Shown here: positions 1 through 14,398 of the stretch, in pieces | Position numbering within the stretch: position 1 is the first letter of the stretch | How the letters are laid out: each line of letters begins with the position of its first letter | NCBI RefSeq assembly: GCF_009914755.1 | Contig: NC_060926.1 | DNA: 64,000 bases | Source: the human T2T-CHM13v2.0 reference genome, Homo sapiens | Strand: one strand, 5' to 3' | Made by a program: the position numbers and the translations under genes | The notes under the pieces: model-generated | Seen by the model: only the letters and a program-made list of their open reading frames with translations | Told to the model about the DNA's origin: nothing | The model's database searches: none

Positions 1-387
1 TTGCAGGCTGAGCTAACTCTTCTTCCATGGAACATGATTTTCACCTGAAAAAAATAACACAGAGACAAACTAGGTTTACTCAGGCTTGGATATCCAGCAG
101 AAATTTTCTAGAAAACAAACCAAAGGTAGGTAGCTGTCAAGGGTAAAAATGATAGTATTTATTGCCAATGGAAAATTTGAACTTTCCAGTAAAACTTAGA
201 ACCTTGTAAAATGTTTATTGGCAACTATGAAACTGATGGCTTCTCATACATGAACAGTTTTCTGAAGAGACTGATGGAGATGTTAACAATAGTGATTTTT
301 TCTTGATGTTCTATGATGAAATATGCCAACTTTTAGGAGATCTGAATATCTCACTGAATATTTCCAAATGACTGATGCATCATTATT
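1..387 (+). mobile_element. Charlie1-like hAT DNA transposon, decayed transposase region (left part)
   Basis: Resembles recalled Charlie1 consensus (GACAAACTAGGTTTACTCAGGCTTGGA...TTTCCAAATGACTGATGCAT); the match resumes after nested insertions at ~1210. Confidence 0.75.
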
Positions 388-881
388 TTAGGGACGCACA
401 GATCTCAAAGGCAGACCGTAGCTTCTTATAATAGCAATCCGGAACGACAAAAACAAAACAAAACAAAAACAAACAAACAAACAAAAAAACACATCGGTTG
501 GAGTTTGGAGTAATCCAAAGACAGGCTTCAGAAGTTCTCATTCTTCTAGGAGAGTTCACAGAGAAATCACTTCTTTCTCTGGCACTGAAATACAGCAAAA
601 TATGTGCAGTGTTTCTGCCCTGTGAAGCCTAGTTGAGACTCAGAGTTCAGAGTTTTCACTGGAAGCTGGACACGTAGGCACAATGACCAGCTACTGCTAC
701 TAAAATTCCAGACTCCCTAAAGGAAAGCAGTTGTTCAGTGCCCCAGGTGGGCAAAACAGTTTTATTAATGTAGGGAACATTTCAAAAGCCAAGTTCCCAG
801 ATGCGAACCAAGGCCCAACCCTGAAAGTAAGCCTTTTTAATCGGAGCAAATCAGGTCTGCTGTATTAACTCCTTACCGCAT
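388..881 (-). mobile_element. ERVL LTR, MER68/MER21 group, inserted into Charlie1
   Basis: CACGTAGGCAC, AAAATTCCAGACTCCCTAAAGGAAAGCAG and CCAAGTTCCCAGATGC...CAGGTCTGCTGTATTAACTC match the reverse complement of recalled MER68; left edge approximate. Confidence 0.65.
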
Positions 882-895
882 AATAGTGCTACACA

Positions 896-1824
<929 letters not shown>

Positions 1825-2149
1825 GCTTAGACTACTAAGGTATAAATTCAGGGAATTTATAATCAATCAATCAGTATTGTTAATTCATCTTTAATAAAAT
1901 GTCAGTTCAGTAAGAATTTTGAGAGATGTGGAAGCTGGAATTGGGCTTGAGTCTATGACAGTCAACGAATACTCAGAATGTAAGTCTAAAAGAGAAATTT
2001 GCCAAAATTCAAATGAACAGTGAAGGGTGGTAGATACAATATTCTGGAATATACAATTTAAATGGAAGTGACCTTCCGTTTAAGGATAAATATACAGGGG
2101 AAAATATAGAGTTTTCAAATATTTCCGCTTGCTATACTCAATAAGACAG

Positions 2150-2560
2150 ATGACCACTTCAGAGAGAAATCTGACAAAATTTAACAAAAGTGTAGATACA
2201 TATGCCATGAAATCCAGCAATTCTACTTCTCGGAATGTATTCATGATAAAATTTATACACAAGTGCAAAAGATATTTGTGTGAAGATGATATTCATTGAA
2301 GTACAATTTGTAACAGCAAAATAAATTCTGTCCCTCAGCAAGGTCAGAAATAAATAGAGTTTGTTAATATAATGGAATTTTATTTGCAATTTAAAATAAA
2401 TGAACCAGTCTTATGTGTATTAAGTTAATAAGCCTGAAGTCTTGTCATAAGTATAAAAGAAGTTTGCGAGACTTCTTGCTATAAAACTATAGCAAGATAT
2501 CATTTATGCAGTTGTTCAAAATATATGATATAAAGCATAAGCAAAGTTTTAAAATACTTG
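2150..2560 (+). mobile_element. Old L1 (L1ME-like) 3' fragment
   Basis: ATCCAGCAATTCTACTTCTCGGAATGTAT...ATTTGTAACAGCAAAA, typical of the L1 ORF2 end and 3'UTR. Confidence 0.6.
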
Positions 2561-2779
2561 CAAAAATAGGACTCAATGTGAACATTATGATTTATGAAAT
2601 ATTTTTCTTTTATTTTTTCTGTTTATTCCTTTTTTCTATGATTAACATAAATTACTCTTCTTACTCTTATTTTTATTTCTACTGTTATACTTTCTCCTGT
2701 CATTACTAATTTCACGTGTATATAAAACATTTCAACATTGGTATTTACTTTCTAAGAAAATTGCATTTGATTTTCAAGA

Positions 2780-3265
2780 CAATCAGATGAGTGAACCCCA
2801 TTTTTCAGTGGAGAAGTCAGACTTAGTGTCTTAATCACCCCAGGAGACATGAAGTGACATTCCCAAGGTCACATACCCCATAGGTGATAGAGTCAGAATA
2901 AAACACAGGTTTAATGATGATAAATTGATGGTTTTTTTACTTGCTATGTCTGCATGTTAGAATGACATACACATGATAATTCAGTATTTTTATTGGCAGA
3001 TAAAAATAATAATACCAAGACATGAATAATCAATGCTTACAAAACATTATCTTCTAGGCATGGCTTAGGTGCATTATATTAATCACTTGATCCTCACAAC
3101 TTTGCAAGGAATCTACTATTATTATCTGACTATGACAGATGAGGAAACAGGTGCAGAACATTTGAGAAATTGTCCAAAGCTCTGTAGAGAGAAGTGGCTG
3201 TGCTGGAATTTGAACCCAGGGAGTATGACTCTAGAGGCCACACTCCTAGCTACTATAATACATCA
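2780..3265 (-). mobile_element. Two MIR fragments
   Basis: CCCATTTTTCAGTGGAGAA...CCCAAGGTCACA and ACAGATGAGGAAACAGG...GGAATTTGAACCCAGG, MIR core in antisense. Confidence 0.7.
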
Positions 3266-3390
3266 TCCTGCCTCATAAGACAGCTTTTTTGTTTCAAATC
3301 CTCCCAGAAGAACTGATAAAGTGCAGAATTCTCTGAAGATGCTTTTACACTCTGACGCAATTTTAATGAAAGGCATTCTGTGAGGACTTC

Positions 3391-3660
3391 TTTTTTATTA
3401 TTATTATTATCCTTTAAGTTTTAGGGTACATGTGCACAACGTGCAGGTTTGTTACGTATGTATACATGTGCCACGTTGGTGTGCTGCACCCATTAACTCG
3501 TCATTTAGCATTAGGTATATCACCTAATGCTATCCCTCCCTCCTCCCCCTACCCCACAACAGTCCCCAGTGTGTGATGTTCCCCTTCCTGTGTCCATGTG
3601 TTCTCATTGTTCAATAATGTGGCACATATACACCAGGGAATATTATGCAGCCATAAAAAA
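3391..3660 (-). mobile_element. Young L1PA 3' end with short 5' inversion
   Basis: 3391-3615 is antisense L1PA 3'UTR with a T/TTA tail; 3616-3660 is sense L1 (AATGTGGCACATATACACC...GCAGCCATAAAAAA). Confidence 0.9.
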
Positions 3661-3710
3661 GTTCTATACTTTTTTTTCTTTCCTTAAAAAAATCTTTAAA
3701 TTTATCTTGG

Positions 3711-3860
3711 GGTGTGTGTGTGTGTGTATACAATTATATATATATATATAATATATTTATATATTATATATATAATAAATATTTATTTTTATATAATATA
3801 TGATATAAAATATATATTTATATTTATTATTTATATATATATTTTATATATATATGTGTG
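3711..3860. repeat. (GT)n followed by AT-rich (TA)n low complexity
   Basis: Directly visible. Confidence 0.9.
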
Positions 3861-5379
3861 AAGCTTTTTTTAGTAGTTACATGACATTCTATTTATGGTG
3901 TATTCTAATTTCACTAGTCAACTTTTAGTGGATTATATAGCTTATTAAAAGTGTTTGACTAAGTTACTATTATCAACAAAGTTTCAATGAATTTTACACT
4001 TAAAATTTGCATGCATGCATGTAAGCAAGCTTATTTGTGGGATGAATTTATAGTGCAATCTGGGTTAACTCCTGGGGAGATAACATTTATTTAAATAATC
4101 TATTTCTTGTTCATGGCTGTCAACCTATGTGATAGTGATGCTGAAGCTCATTCTGGTGACTTTGTAAGTGGGTGTGGATTATTAGCTCTGTGACAACCCA
4201 TTGCCTCCCCATTGTCTTCTTTGCCTCTTAATTCTGCAAAGTGTGGAGTCTCCTTAACTGGTAGTGGGATGGGAAAGCAATTATTCTTTTTAATTGGCTT
4301 GCCTCCTAGGCTGCAATGGAGTTCTCCAGCGATCCAGATCATTACTAGTGCAGATCACTAATCTTGATATTTATTTGATCCAATAATATAGCATTTGCCA
4401 TCTCACAATGTTCTCCATGCCACTAAAGAACAATTTGAGTGGTTCTTGAGAGACCTCTGGCTAGGCAAGAGAGGTAGAAGATGGATTTAAAATGCTTTGC
4501 CAAGCACAACTTGATTGCATTTTTTTTTGGTCCAGAAATCTAGAGTCAAAGAATGCTATATCTACAGTTGGCATTGAGTACTAAGACTTCAAAAATACAA
4601 AACCAAAAATATTAATTTTTCTGCAATTCCCAACACTGTATTTTGTTGTCTTTTAAAATCATATTCTACTTTATAAGTTGTAAATATACAAAAATACCTC
4701 AGTTAAGGCATTTTCCATAGCAGATTACAACATAAAAATATAAATGTGGCATGAAAGTATTTAAAGTGAGAGTAATGAGTGTTTAAAAAAAGAAATGTTG
4801 GCATTAATACCACCACCCACTTTATTAGATACTATATTCAAGATAAAAAAATTTCAAAGTTTACTGACCAGCAAAGGTTAAATATAATGTTCCTCTTGTT
4901 GCTACCTGTCTATGGAGTGAACTGGATAAGTGCTTGTGATCTATTTAAAGGGATAAAACTTATATTATAAAAAGAGGTCAATGAAGGAAAACAGGGTGAC
5001 TGTCAATTTCAGATAGGAAACCACATGCCATCTTTGACTTTGAAATGTGTAGTAAGAGCTGTTGAACATCAAGCAGGGGGTACATTCATAGTTTTTATTC
5101 TCTTTGCAAAATATTTCTTTGATAATTTTGTCATTGTTGGACTTTTATAAATACATGTTTTCCTGTAGCAGTTTGTCCTAAAAGCAAGGTGCAATTACAT
5201 GCAAATAATGAAATATTTCTATCTACTTACCTATCTATCCATCTAGCCGTCCATATATATCTTTGACAAGAATGCCACCTATTTCAATGTATTTTCCTTA
5301 ATAATTCCACAATGGATCAGTATGTATATTGTTAAGTAGTTCTGGGGAAAATAAAGAAAGAAAACATGTATTAGTTTCT

Positions 5380-5830
5380 CCTATTAACCTAATTGTTACT
5401 AGGTGGTCTGCACTTTTAATCTCATTTAACCCTCACCCAGCACTGTAAGAGGCGATCATTAGCCCATCATTTATTAATAAGAAAACGTAGACTGAGAGAA
5501 ATTAACTAATTTTTACAAGAGCACAAAAATTATAGGAGGCACAGAAGAATTTGAACCCAGTTGTGTCTATTTCTCACCCCCTTGGTCTTGTCTCTTCTCC
5601 ACGTATGTATAAAAATGATGGCAATTAATTATGGTGACCACCAATTTTTTTATCACTGGCAAAGTACCAGGTCTTATGCTAAGTGCTGCATTGACACTGT
5701 CTCTAACAATCCTCACTAAGAAACTGTTATCGTTATCACTTTATAAAGGGAGGGGTGATGTCCGGGAAAATAAGACTGATTTCCCAAATCCACACAGAGA
5801 AGGAAAGAAGAAGGAATTAAACTCTTTGTT
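5380..5830 (-). mobile_element. Two MIR fragments
   Basis: ATCTCATTTAACCCTCAC, GACTGAGAGAAATTAACTAAT and GAATTTGAACCCAG; second copy from ~5620. Confidence 0.6.
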
Positions 5831-7489
5831 AAGTAGTTTTTCTGTTGGGTTGATGGAGGTTACAATTTATGGAAAGCAGAAACAGAATGAGAAGCAACTG
5901 CTCACTTTTAACATAAAGGGTTATGTCTCCATTACATTAATTTTACACTAACTTTGTATTTTTGCTGACTATAATTTATAGTATGTTTTAAAATATTCTT
6001 GTTTTGGACCAAACACTTATTTCTCTAATCCTTTTGAATCCTAATAGAGATTACTTGATATTCTACTATTATGAAAATAGTCCTGTGAAAAAAAGAATTA
6101 TGGTTGCATTTACAGTATCAGTGATCTTACCATTCTCATCATTGTTATGCTTTGAAAACCACCTTTTCTATAGTTTGAGATTCTCTTTTCACTTGAAAGT
6201 CATAAGTATCTGAAATAATCCACATAAACACTACATAGTGTTCCCTTAAGATAGTGATTGAATTTCTGCACAAGAATTGAAAGATATATATGTGAAAAAG
6301 TTAAACTATTGGAGATATTTTATTTCCTTTTATTAAATTGTGTAATGCATTAGGATAAAAAGGTATATTTTATACATTCTTGAAGAATTTTTCCACCAAT
6401 GCAATGAGATAAGATATTTTATAAAATGTCCTGTTAGATAAGGCACTTTCAAGTTTGATCCGTGTGATACAATATACTTTAATTGCTGTCGTTAGCAAGG
6501 AGTAACACATTTGTTTGTGAAATTGTGGGACTGATCTGTAAATGAAAATACAGTACTTCAGAAAGTTGTATAAATAAGTGTTTAAATGTCGTGGTTCATA
6601 AAAATGTTTCATCATTCTATCCTTTACCAAGTTTTATACAGATTATAGATAAAATTAATAGAAGTTTATTTTAAAATCAGTTAGAAGAAATTTGCATTCA
6701 GTATTCCCTTCTGCCATCCAGTTTCCTTGACTTGTCTTTTCAGCTGTCTCCAGGGCCCCAAGCACCGAGTCTTCTTTTTGGCAATGCTTTCATGATAGAT
6801 CTTAGAGCCCCTGCTCTCAGTTAGGACGTTTAATTAGTACATGTATGGAGGTAAGTTCCAGGAGATAAATAAGGTGAAAAGAAACCCACCGCATCCATTA
6901 GTCCACCGTACAATTTAATGTATTTGTATTTATTTTATGCTCTGCTATGAAGAAATGACATCAGAATGATGAGTTAGAAAAATTCATTCTTTCATTCAGT
7001 ATCGATATCTCCATCCTCACTTGTATCACTGGCTTGGCTGGCATTTTGTAGTTACTGAGCGCCATATATTTTAAAATTGTAACTAAGCTCCATACAGCTT
7101 CTGGGTACTGTGAAGTTGGCAACCTCTAGACCGGGTTCTAAATGAAGCTCACTATCTCCTGGATATTATGGGTCAATTGTCCTCAATAGAAATCACTGTA
7201 AGAGGGGATGGAGCCACTGGATAACTCCCTGCAAGTAATTTTACTACTCTGGGTATTAGTTTAATCATTGGAATATATGTATGGGAAGGATTGTATCTTT
7301 ATATATCTAAGATTTTATGATTCTAAATGATGAATGTAGGGACTAAAGATTTTAACAGGTAATAGACACACTGCACAACAGGAGAGAAGGCTTCAATTTG
7401 GAAAACTCCAATTTGTGGATCAGAACTAATAGACATGCCATACTTACAAATTGTGTAATTTTTACAAATTGTGTAATTTAACATTGTGA

Positions 7490-7790
7490 GCAGCAGTGCT
7501 TACGTAGAAATATACAGCATTGAATGCATATGCTAGAAAAGAAGAAAAACCTAAAATCAATAGTCTAGTGCCCACCTTAGAAAACTAGAGAATGAAGAGC
7601 AATATAAGCCTAAAGCAAGCTGAAGAAAAGAAATAGTAAGAATTAGGACGGAAATCAATGAAACTAAAAACATTAAATCAGCGACAATTTTTTTTAAGTT
7701 GGTTCTTTCTTTGATAATGTCAATAAAATTGATGCATGTTTAGCCAGAATAATGAAGAAAAAAAAGAGGAAACACAAATTGATAATTGAT
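7490..7790 (+). mobile_element. L1M ORF2 fragment
   Basis: GCAGTGCTTA...GCATTGAATGCATAT...CCACCTTAGAAAACTAGAG...GAAATCAATGAAA, the L1 region downstream of the endonuclease domain. Confidence 0.8.
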
Positions 7791-8259
7791 TTCTTGTGTT
7801 TGATTGAAAAACATTTACAAATAAAAAACTAAAAATTTTATTTGCTGCTGCTTTGATGAAAGATATGCAATAATATGAATGGAGGCACAGTTTTATTTAC
7901 TAGTATTTGAAATTCATGAAGACAAACACCCACTTAACTACTTTTAAGAATTCCATGTCTTCCTGAGTGTAATTTGTGTCTTTCATTGGAGGGATAAAAT
8001 GACACTAAAATGTTTTGCTTTTCTTACTTAAATGCCACATCAGAAATATATCTTGTGTTATAAAAAGTCACAGTTAATAAAAATGTATTTCATATTGACA
8101 TTCTAAATTATAATTGCAGCCTATAAAGTTTATTTTTTATTATTAAAAGTTTCTACTTTATAGTCATTTTCACTATAACGTATACTATGGAAAAGACAAA
8201 TTCTCAGTGACAGTGTTCTGGAAGCCTCTTTCTTTTTTATCTAGAAGCTACCTGTAATT

Positions 8260-8261
<2 letters not shown>

Positions 8262-8324
<63 letters not shown>
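8262..8324. repeat. Compound microsatellite (CA)n(GA)n
   Basis: About 25 CA units followed by about 7 GA units. Confidence 0.97.
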
Positions 8325-8914
8325 TTAATTCCATCTTACAATACTTCAGAAAAGTGAATTATATTGTCACCTTCTAGGCAATATTCTCACACTCTGCCTC
8401 TTACTGTAGGGTGAGTCAACAGCTGAATTGCTTCAAAAAGAAGCTCAAGTCTTGTCTCCTTTCACTACATTCGGACAGTTTGCTCTTACATTCTAGTATA
8501 CTAGGTTCTAAGGAAGAGTATTGGGATCAAAGAATAAAGTGATTCAAAGAAGGAAGAATAGTCAGTGAGATGTTACAGCAAACATCAGTTCACATCAGTA
8601 AGACTAAGATAAACAGAACAAGATGACCATTTAAGAAAATTAAGTGACCATTAACTTGGATGTAAAATAAACTTAAAATGTTGGTTGGAATTGGCTTCTT
8701 TGAATTCAGTGCAATAAGCTAATTTCATTCTATGACTGTGAAATGAGTTTTGATACCATATCAGCTTGATGAAGAAAAATAACTAAAGATATAAACTCCA
8801 TCATTCTTATTGCCAGTCTCATCATATTTAGTTTGCTTCTTTGCTTTTCATATAATTCATCAATGTACAAAGGACAGATGAGTCGTGCCTTTTATAAAAT
8901 TAGAAAAACTATTA

Positions 8915-9070
8915 GATATATATTTCAAGATTGGTAAAAGTAAATTTTAAGTGTTCTCAACACAAAGAAATGATGTGAGGTGGCCTGATTCAATCACTGT
9001 ACAATATAAAGCATATTGTATCTAACATTGTATATAATTATTACTTGTTAATTAAAAATAAAATATTTTT
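8915..9070 (+). mobile_element. L1MA/MB 3' end fragment
   Basis: TTTTAAGTGTTCTCAACACAAAGAAATGATGTGAGGTG...TTAAAAATAAAA. Confidence 0.6.
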
Positions 9071-9451
9071 AAAAGCACTGTTAGAAAGATTTATTATAGC
9101 ACTTTATATTGAGATTCAAATAAATAACTATAATGGGTAGTATTATGTTTGATAACATAACCTATCTAGTTCTTTTATGTAGGGAACCTGCATTTTTATG
9201 AAGCAGATTTAGTCCATGGGAAGAAAGCATGAGGCAGCAAGAACATTGTCAGAATCTGGATGAGATAGCCACTGAAAATAACTCATTCAATAATAGTATT
9301 ATCTCAATAGAAACTGAATTGTTAATATTTTAAGTATTTTAGCAATTCAGAATGTCATAATACAAGGCCTCCTCATTTTATATGTATGAGATCTTCAGAA
9401 TACAATTCTGAAAATAAGATATCAATGGCTGTAAAAAAAAAAAAAGATAAA

Positions 9452-9752
9452 AGCCAGGTATGGTGGGTCATGCCTGTAATCCTAGCATTTTGGGAGGCTG
9501 AGCCCGACAGATCACCTCAGGTCAGGAGTTTGGGACCAGCCTGGCCAACATGGTGAAACCTCGTCTCTACTAATCTCTACTAAAAATACAGAAATTAGCT
9601 GGGCCTTGTGGCAGGCTCCTCTAATCCCAGCTACTCAGGAGGCTGAGGCAGGAGAATTTCTTGAGCCCAGAAGGTGGGGTTTGCAGTGAGCCGAGATGGC
9701 ACTACTGCACTCCAGCCTGGGCAACAGAGCAAGACTCCCTTTCAAAAAAAAA
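9452..9752 (+). mobile_element. AluS (Sx-like)
   Basis: Dimeric Alu, GATCACCTCAGGTCAGGAGTTT, poly(A); small internal duplication CTCTACTAATCTCTACTAAAA. Confidence 0.92.
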
Positions 9753-10059
9753 GGACATCTAGTAAGAAAATATAAAAACACATGCACCTTCTAGGTAGAT
9801 GATGTAAATATGTAAATACAAGCACAACTATAAAAATTTTCCTGGGGCAAATAGAGGAAACTTAAGACTTGTAGTTAAGCTAACTCCACTATTCACTACA
9901 GGTATGAGAAAGATCAGACCATAACCAACATATCACATTCAGGGAAAAATATATAACTCAATTTGGGCCAATGAAACCCAATAGACATTAGCTGAGGACT
10001 TTAGAAGTGAAGGTTCATTTCTTTTCCTCAAAAGCTACCTAAAAAAAGATTCATTTTCT

Positions 10060-10250
10060 TGATGATAATGCATTGGAAAAAAGTGTAATAATGATAAAAA
10101 CAAATGTTCGCCGGACCATTCTCTGTGTGCCTGGTGCTATCATATGTGCTGTTGATGCAGGAACTCAGTCTTCACAGTCAGGTTGTGTATGAAGTGGGTG
10201 CTATTATTCTGTACATTTTACACTTGGGGAAACTTAGAATTCGTTAACTA
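10060..10250 (-). mobile_element. MIR, interrupted by MER6B
   Basis: CTATTATTCTGTACATTTTACACTTGGGGAAACTTAG; continues at ~10460-10505. Confidence 0.55.
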
Positions 10251-10459
10251 TAGTAAGACCTCACTTCATGTCGTTGATAGGCTCTCAGAAACTGCAACTT
10301 TAGGTGAAATGAGGTATAATGCAACCAATGATTTTTCTCATCTATGTCATAACAAAAAGCATGAAAAGAAACAATGTTATTTGAGGATGGGGTGTACATT
10401 GTTTGGTTAAAGTGGCAGTTTCCAAGAACCTATCAGTGATGTGAAGGAAGGACTTACTA
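10251..10459. mobile_element. MER6B-like Tc1/mariner (Tigger) MITE
   Basis: Long imperfect terminal inverted repeats: TAGTAAGACCTCACTT...GATAGGCTCTCAGAAACTGCAACTTTA versus TAAAGTGGCAGTTTCCAAGAACCTATC...GGACTTACTA. Confidence 0.8.
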
Positions 10460-11036
10460 TGATCCAAAATTGAGTGGCAAGGAAGTAGAGATGGGATTTG
10501 ATCCCTTAAGCCTTATTAAGCCTTATTCCTCCTGTAAAGGAGTCCGCATCCTTTACAGTTGTGCTGTAGTAATTCTCATCAAGTACTAGTACAACCATAT
10601 ATATCACGTGATGTTTCTCTACACTGGAAATCAAAAATATTCAAATACAGAATGCTACATTCCTAGACAGAATAACTCAATATTATTAGAATGCCATTTT
10701 ATATTATTATATGCTTAATATAATATGGATAAGATAATCAAGAGTTTTCCTGCCCACCTCCGCAAAAAAGTAGACTATGAAACTAACTAATACACATAAT
10801 CTTAAAAAGAAGAAATATGGCCTACTGGTGATTTAAAACTATCTTAAAACCACAATCACTGAGCAATATGATATCAGTGCAAGCATAAAGATAGATGAGT
10901 ATATAAATTCCAGAAAGATGTGTGCTTCTTCTAGGTAAGTAAAGACCAATAGCAATTTTTGTACCATGGGGCAGTGGTCCAATATTGGTATAAAACCAGT
11001 TGCCATAGTTAGAGAGACTTTTCTAAGACTAGAAAT

Positions 11037-11038
11037 TA

Positions 11039-11083
<45 letters not shown>
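11037..11083. repeat. (TATATG)n hexamer microsatellite
   Basis: About 7 perfect units; explains the YTYTYT ORF on the minus strand. Confidence 0.95.
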
Positions 11084-11085
<2 letters not shown>

Positions 11086-12242
11086 TCAAACTTATAAGGA
11101 CTGTGTGGGTGAAAACATCCCATAAGCAAAGTTAATTCTACCAACTAGAGTAAGTGGCTTCTAGTGATGAGGCCAGAAAGCAGAAAGACATCTTGTATTT
11201 TCATGGAGCATGGGATGAAGAACTCTTTGGGAGGAAGGATCCTGACCTCACAGTCATGATAGCTCAAATCAGAGGAAAAGAGAAAATATTAAAGCTATGT
11301 CCCAGTTCCCACCCAGCTCAATTCCAGCTAAGATTCAAAAGAAAAGTTCCTCGATACAGGTGCCTATGGGGGTAAAAAGGTATTTATTTCTGTCTCTACT
11401 GGTTTTTAAAATGTGTCATGTCTGCCATAAAATAAAATGTTTATCACGCAGGTGAACAAGCAAGGAAATGTAACCTATAGTCATAAAAAGAAACCACCTA
11501 TATAGGGAGATGTATGGAAGGCTCAGCTATTGAAATTACCAGAAAAGAACTTTAAAATAACCCATCTAAAAGTTAGATAACAAATGTGAACAGAGGACTT
11601 TCAGCAGAGAGAAGTAACATAAAAATGAACCAAATGGAAATTTTAAAAATCATAAAGTAGAGAGCAACAATTCAGCCTGTGGGCTTAAAAACAGAATGCA
11701 TCAGCAGAGGAAAGAGTCAGTGAATTTAAGTAAAGCATAGCACAAATTATCCAATATGAAACACAATTGGAAAAAAATAGAAAAGGGAAAAAAATAGAAA
11801 AGGGAAAAACAGAAACAGTCTGAAGTTGTTAAACAATATCAAGTGTTTTAATATTTGCTCTATGGGAGTTCCAAAATGAGAGGAAAAAAAGAATAGCCCA
11901 GAGGCAATATTTAGGAAATAATAGCTGAAGATTTCACAAAATTAACAAAATACATCAGGACACAGAGACAGGAGAACAAATAAACATTTTAAAACCCTAC
12001 AATTTACTACATTGTAGTCAAGCTGCTGAAAACCGAAGATAAAGACAACATATTTAAACTAGCCAGATACAATAGGGTAATTCCATTCAATGAAACAAAA
12101 ATAAGAATATTTATCATCAGAAATTACAAAACCTAGGAGACAATAGCATAAAGTTTTTAAAGTGCTGAAAAGGAAGCATATAACTAGAATTCTATAACCA
12201 GTGAAATTATCTTCTAAAACTAAAAGGAAAAAATATATTTCA

Positions 12243-12881
<639 letters not shown>

Positions 12882-13754
12882 TTATAATATAACTAGAAGA
12901 AGAATATATGCCAATCTTCACAGAAAGAGTGAGAGGGGTTAAATGGAGGATGGTTTTTGTGCAATTCTTACATTATTTGTAAAATGGTAAACTATCAATT
13001 CAAGGTATACTGTGATGAACTCAGGATTCAATATATATAATATATATTTATAACATATATATTGATGGATAGATTGTAAAATAATCTACTAAAGGTACTG
13101 TCGGGAAACATCACACTAAGAATTTGTGGCCAATAAAGCACGTCATTGTAAACAAACAAAATTTAAAGAGATACAGGGCTAATAAGCAAATAAAACAGTT
13201 TTTTAAAGTGATCTATTCACAAGATCGTACCCTTTCCAGCCATTCCAGGGACAAACTGGGATGCCATTGCTCCCAACAGTTACCTGAGAAGGGAGTTTGG
13301 AGATCATAATTGGTTTGAGATCACCACTGCCAAAGAACTTATAAAGCTCCAAAATTCTTTGATCATAGGGGTCAATTCTAAAATTCCTGGGTTTAGAAAT
13401 CAAGATACTTGCTTTATACTTCCCACTGAAACACACCAAAAAGTTATGGATTCCAACCCAAAGGAGCTAGCTGGACTGCCCAAGCCCTATATTATGTCCA
13501 GGCATGAATTGATGAGCCCTGCTGCTAGCCACAGAGAATACATATTTTAATATCTAGCATAAATAATCTCTGAAAATAGAATTCAAGGAAATGGAGCTAA
13601 CAATGCAATAGAGAACATAAAATGAAATATGAAAAGTTTCCAATAAATTCTAAAAAGATAGAAAAAGAGAAAGAAAAGAAGAAAGAACATATGGAAGAGA
13701 AAACGAGTTGTGAGGTGGTTGATGTAAACAAGTCACTACAGCAACTACATTAAC

Positions 13755-14334
13755 GTGACAGTAGATTCTCTGATGACCTCTATGTTGCCTGCTTTCTGGT
13801 GTTCATGCCCTGGTATGATCCACCTACCCCTTTCTTGAGTGTGGGAGACCTATAAATTGCTTCTAATGAATATGCAAAGATGATGAGGTTCCACTCCCAT
13901 GATTATGTTATGTTACACAAAAACCCACCTTGTTATTGTTAGCACACTTGCTCTATAGACTCTCTCTCCCTAGCTAGGTTTGAAGACTAAGTGACCATAT
14001 TGGGAGGCTCACTTGTTAAGGAGCCGATAGAAACCTCTAGGAGCTAGAGCAACCTCCAATCAACAACCAGCAAAAAGCCACAACCCTCATTCCTGTAACT
14101 ACAAGTAAACAAATTCTGCAAACACCTTGAGAAAGCTCAGAAGTGGATTCTTTCCCAATTGGGCCTCCAGATGAGAACACAACATTGCTGACACCTTGAC
14201 TGCAACCTTGTAAAGCTCTCAGCAGAAGACCAGACTAAGCCACGCACAAACTCCTCATACACAGATAACAAATGTGTGTTGTCTTAAGCTATTAGTTTGT
14301 GGTAATTTGTTAGGCAGCAATATATTACTAATAT
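13755..14334 (+). mobile_element. MLT1E-like MaLR LTR
   Basis: GCCTCCAGATGAGAACACA, GACACCTTGACTGCAACCTTG, and terminal TTTGTGGTAATTTGTTAGGCAGCAATA...ACTAATA. Confidence 0.8.
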
Positions 14335-14398
14335 GTGTATGTGGATAAACATTTCAGTTAGAAGGTAGAGATTGTTAGGTTGCATTTAAAAGAAAAAG

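Noticed and set aside
7444-7480. Short tandem duplications (also ~11769-11808, ~35174-35222, ~62930-62972)
   Set aside because: Ordinary two-copy slippage duplications with no further structure
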